From: Scyliorhinus canicula
Lineage: Eukaryota
Direction of reading: 5' to 3'
Assembly: GCF_902713615.1 (NCBI RefSeq)
Contig: NC_052160.1
Location: 26,048,083 to 26,112,082 of the forward strand
DNA: 64,000 nucleotides
The notes below the pieces were generated by a model. It worked only from the letters and a program-made list of their open reading frames with translations, did no database searches and was not told the DNA's origin. The translations under genes were made by a program, and so were the position numbers. Position 1 is the first letter of the stretch. Each line of letters begins with the position of its first letter. Positions 61,908 through 64,000 of the stretch are shown here, piece after piece.

Positions 61908-64000
61908 ATGGCTAGTCGGCAGGGGAGGGGGGCGGGTTGCCCTCTGATCCGGCTGATTACCTGGAACGTGAGGGGGCTGAACGGGCCGGTTAAGAGAACC
62001 AGGGTGGTCTCCCATCTAAGGGGGTTGAAGGCGGACGTGGCTATGCTCCAGGAGACCCACCTGAAGGTGGCGGACCAGGTCCGTCTGAGGAAGGGGTGGG
62101 TGGGGCAGGTTTATCATTCAGGATTGGACGCAAAGAACCGGGGGGGTGGCGATTCTAGTGGGGAAGAGGGTGGCGTTTGAGGCGGCTGAGGTGGTGTCGG
62201 ACAAGGAGGGCAGATATATCATGGTGAGGGGTAGGCTGCAGGGAGAGAAGGTGGTGCTGGTGAACGTATATGCCCCGAATTGGGATGATGCTGGCTTCAT
62301 GAGGCGCTTGTTGGGCCGCGTCCCGGACCTGGAGGCAGGGGGCCTGATCATGGGGGGAGATTTTAACACAGTGCTGGATCCCACACTGGACCGGTCCAGT
62401 TCAAGGACGGGTAGGAGACCGGCGGCGGCCAAAGTGCTGAGGGGATACATGGACCAGATGGGAGGGGTGGATCCCTGGAGGTTTGGGAGACCGAGAGCGC
62501 GGGAGTATTCCTTTTTCTCTCACGTCCATAGGGTTTATTCCCGGATAGACTTTTTTGTCCTGAGCAGGGGGTTGATCCCGAGGGTGCAGGATGCCGAGTA
62601 TTCGGCCATAGCGATTTCGGACCATGCCCCGCACTGGATTGATCTGGAGATGGGGGAGGCGCGGGACCAGCGCCCGCTCTGGCGCCTGGATGTGGGGATG
62701 CTGGCGGAGGAGGAGGTGTGCAAGAGGGTTCGGAGAAGCATTGAGGGGTATCTGGTTACCAATGATACGGGGGAGGTCCAGGTGGGGATGGTCTGGGAGG
62801 CTCTGAAAGCAGTGATCCGGGGGGAGCTGATCTCCATCCGGGCCCACAGGGAAAGGAAGGAGAGGAAGGAGAGGGAGAGACTGGTGGGAGAGCTTCTGGA
62901 GGTGGACAGGAGATATGCGGAGGCACCGGAGGAAGGGTTGCTGGGAGAACGGCGCAGGTTGCAGGCCAATTTTGACTTGCTGACCACCAGAAAGGCGGAG
63001 ACACAGTGGAGGAGGGCGCAGGGTGCGGTATATGAGTATGGAGAGAAGGCGAGCAGGATGTTGGCGCATCAGCTCCGTAGGCGAGATGCGGCTAGGGAAA
63101 TTGGGGGAGTGAAGGATGGGGGTGGAAATGTAGTGCAGAAGGGGACAGAAGTAAACGGGGTCTTTAGGGACTTTTACGAGGGATTGTACCGGTCGGAACC
63201 TCCGAGGGGGAGAGAGGGGATGGAGAGCTTCATGAACAGGCTATGTTTCCCAAGGGTTCAAGAGAGGCTGGTTGAGGGGCTGGGGGCGCCGATAGAGTTG
63301 GAGGAGCTAGTCAGGGGGATCGGGCAAATGCAGTCAGGTAAGGCCCCGGGGCCGGACGGGTTCCCGGCAGAATTTTACAAAAAATATGCGGACCTGGTGG
63401 GTCCCCTGCTGGTGCGAACTTTCAATGAGGCGTGGGAGGGGGGGGCTTTGCCCCCGACGATGTCGCGGGCACTGATCTCTTTGATCCTAAAACGGGATAA
63501 GGACCCCTTGCAGTGCGGATCATATAGGCCTATTTCACTCCTTAACGTAGACGCTAAGTTGCTGGCGAAGATCCTGGCTACCAGGATAGAGGATTGTGTG
63601 CCAGAGGTAATTCATGAAGATCAGACAGGGTTTGTCAAGGGGCGGCAGCTCAACACGAATGTGCGGAGACTGCTCAATGTTATCATGATGCCGGCAGTGG
63701 AGGGGGAGGCGGAGATAGTGGTGGCGCTGGATGCAGAGAAGGCGTTTGATAGAGTTGAATGGGGGTACCTATGGGAGGTGCTGGAGAGGTTTGGATTTGG
63801 GGAGGGATTCATCAAATGGGTGAGGCTGCTTTACGCGGCGCCGATGGCGAGTGTAGTCACGAATGGAAGGAGATCGGAGTATTTTAGGCTTTATCGTGGG
63901 ACCAGGCAGGGGTGTCCCCTGTCCCCCCTGCTCTTTGCACTGGCGATTGAACCGCTGGCCATGGCGTTGAGGGAGTCAGGGAAGTGGAGGGGTCTGGTGC
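61908..64000 (+). CDS. L1 ORF2p (APE endonuclease + RT), one +1 frameshift in a G7 run at 62140-62146
   Basis: TWNVRGLN/MLQETHL, then by manual translation stop-free from 62146 to the window end (YAPN, GGDFN, SRIDF, SDH, KAPGPDG, DAEKAFD, GTRQGCPLSP). Confidence 0.9.

Larger units (their letters stand above)
59901..64000 (+). mobile_element. Near-intact L1 with complete 5' end (runs off the window)
   Basis: 5' GACTTCCAGTTGCGG, monomer array, ORF1, ~670-bp spacer, ORF2. Confidence 0.95.

Noticed and set aside
60533-63069. Antisense ORFs of 150-222 aa over L1 (ORF0-like)
   Set aside because: Shadow frames of GC-rich L1 coding sequence, no independent motifs

Overview
Eukaryotic, repeat-rich genomic DNA. 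The SINE/LINE repertoire (HE1/V-SINE, Deu-SINE, CR1/HER1, Rex1, L2, L1) points to a cartilaginous fish, probably a shark; this is inference. Two host genes lie on the + strand: a complete STK19/WHR1 (6 coding exons, 8401-19544, 262 aa) and the first 7 exons of RHOT2/Miro2 (32825-59484, continuing beyond the window). STK19 shares a CpG-island promoter with an unidentified divergent (- strand) transcript. Between the genes is a 7.9-kb class I (gamma/epsilon-like) endogenous retrovirus on the - strand. It has 740-bp LTRs differing at 3 positions, a TTAC TSD, a tRNA-Leu(CAA) PBS and intact env splice signals, but no capsid, protease or RT, a frameshifted RNaseH-integrase, and an env split into a 125-aa secreted ORF plus an SU/TM ORF. 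RHOT2 introns hold several L1 elements, including a near-intact young L1 with a 3-copy YY1-bearing 5' monomer array and internally deleted L1s, plus Harbinger-type MITEs, a solo LTR and many SINEs. One V-SINE core appears with three different 3' ends matching three LINE types in the window. No prokaryotic systems or CRISPR arrays are present. All family assignments are from recalled motifs and consensus sequences, not database searches.
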